The translations under genes and the position numbers were made by a program. A stretch of 64,000 nt of DNA, from NCBI GenBank assembly GCA_008690995.1, contig VRMN01000005.1, forward strand, positions 62,001 through 126,000, read 5' to 3'. This DNA is from Porphyridium purpureum (taxonomy: Eukaryota). Position 1 is the stretch's first letter. Each line of letters starts with the position of its first letter. The notes under the pieces are model-generated. The model saw only the letters and a list, made by a program, of their open reading frames with translations, did not search any database and was not told where the DNA came from. Shown piece by piece: positions 63,457-64,000 of the stretch.

Positions 63457-64000
63457 CAATCTTCCGCACCACCACTGATCAGTCAGCACAGGCGTGGCGT
63501 CACGTCGAAACGTTGATGTCTCGCTAATTCGAACACGCCGCGCGTTGTTTGAAACGCCTTCAGGCTCACGGTCAGCCCGAAAGGAAGCGTCTTTTCTCTC
63601 TGGACTTCGCAAGGTGGATTGCACGCGACCGAGTAGTTCTTCCACACACGTCTTTCCTCAAGACCCGTTGCTTCCTCGTTCCCGCTTCCGCCGACGCGAA
63701 GGGTTAACAGCTGCGCGTGTGGCATCAGGGGTCTGGACACGATCCAGGACATTGGCACAGAAGCTGTCGACTGAGGGGAGGGACTGAGCGTCTCTCTCTT
63801 GCGTTCGCGGTGTATCTGCGCGTGTGATCGAGCGAACAGTCAAGCTGGATGCCTGAGGCTGTACTTCCGTGTGGGGCTTCATGGCAGAAGGTGAACGGGC
63901 GCGCAAGTGCGGCGTGGCCTGCTGAAAGCAGTGCTAGTCAACATGGTCTCAACAGAGGAGGAAGAGGAAATTTCGGAGAGCTCGTTGTCGTACAGGAGCG

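Noticed and set aside
63456..63906. In-frame TGA at 63658-63660 joining an upstream ORF to the RPP38-like ORF (readthrough or selenocysteine)
   Set aside because: RPP38-like similarity begins at ATG 63456. The upstream peptide has no recognisable domain or redox-motif context, and no SECIS was seen.
1..64000. CRISPR arrays, tRNA or rRNA genes, prokaryotic operons or defence systems
   Set aside because: No repeat-spacer arrays, cloverleafs or rRNA tracts were seen. Spliceosomal introns and eukaryote-specific genes show this is nuclear DNA.

Overview
Gene-dense, intron-poor eukaryotic nuclear DNA, most likely from a unicellular red alga (Porphyridium-like). This is an inference from the MAF-type plastid transit peptides, a PsaR-like gene, the few GT-AG introns and the very short spacers. 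About 35 protein-coding genes can be supported. They include an ADP/ATP carrier, a MenH-MenC fusion, a PHO80-type cyclin, YqgF, RBMX2, cornichon, a one-helix LHC-like protein, a DEAD-box helicase, calnexin, PGM48, a TDY MAPK, fibrillin, THUMPD1, a bacterial-type CoA-disulfide reductase-rhodanese, archease, ataxin-2, WDR4/TRM82, PanE, Mpv17, a thylakoid peptidase, PsaR, TFIIB, CLASP, allantoinase, EMC6, a tandem pair of unknown coiled-coil membrane proteins and an RPP38-like gene. Several signals are invisible in the ORF track. The two long introns each hold a snoRNA candidate (an H/ACA RNA in YqgF and a double-guide C/D RNA in WDR4). An unassigned ~370-nt structured RNA candidate lies between psaR and TFIIB. 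Several same-strand gene pairs overlap or nearly touch, and may be bicistronic. A GTACAGT motif recurs upstream of start codons. A ~4-kb gene-free stretch looks like a decayed Gypsy element. All assignments come from reading motifs by eye; no database searches were run.
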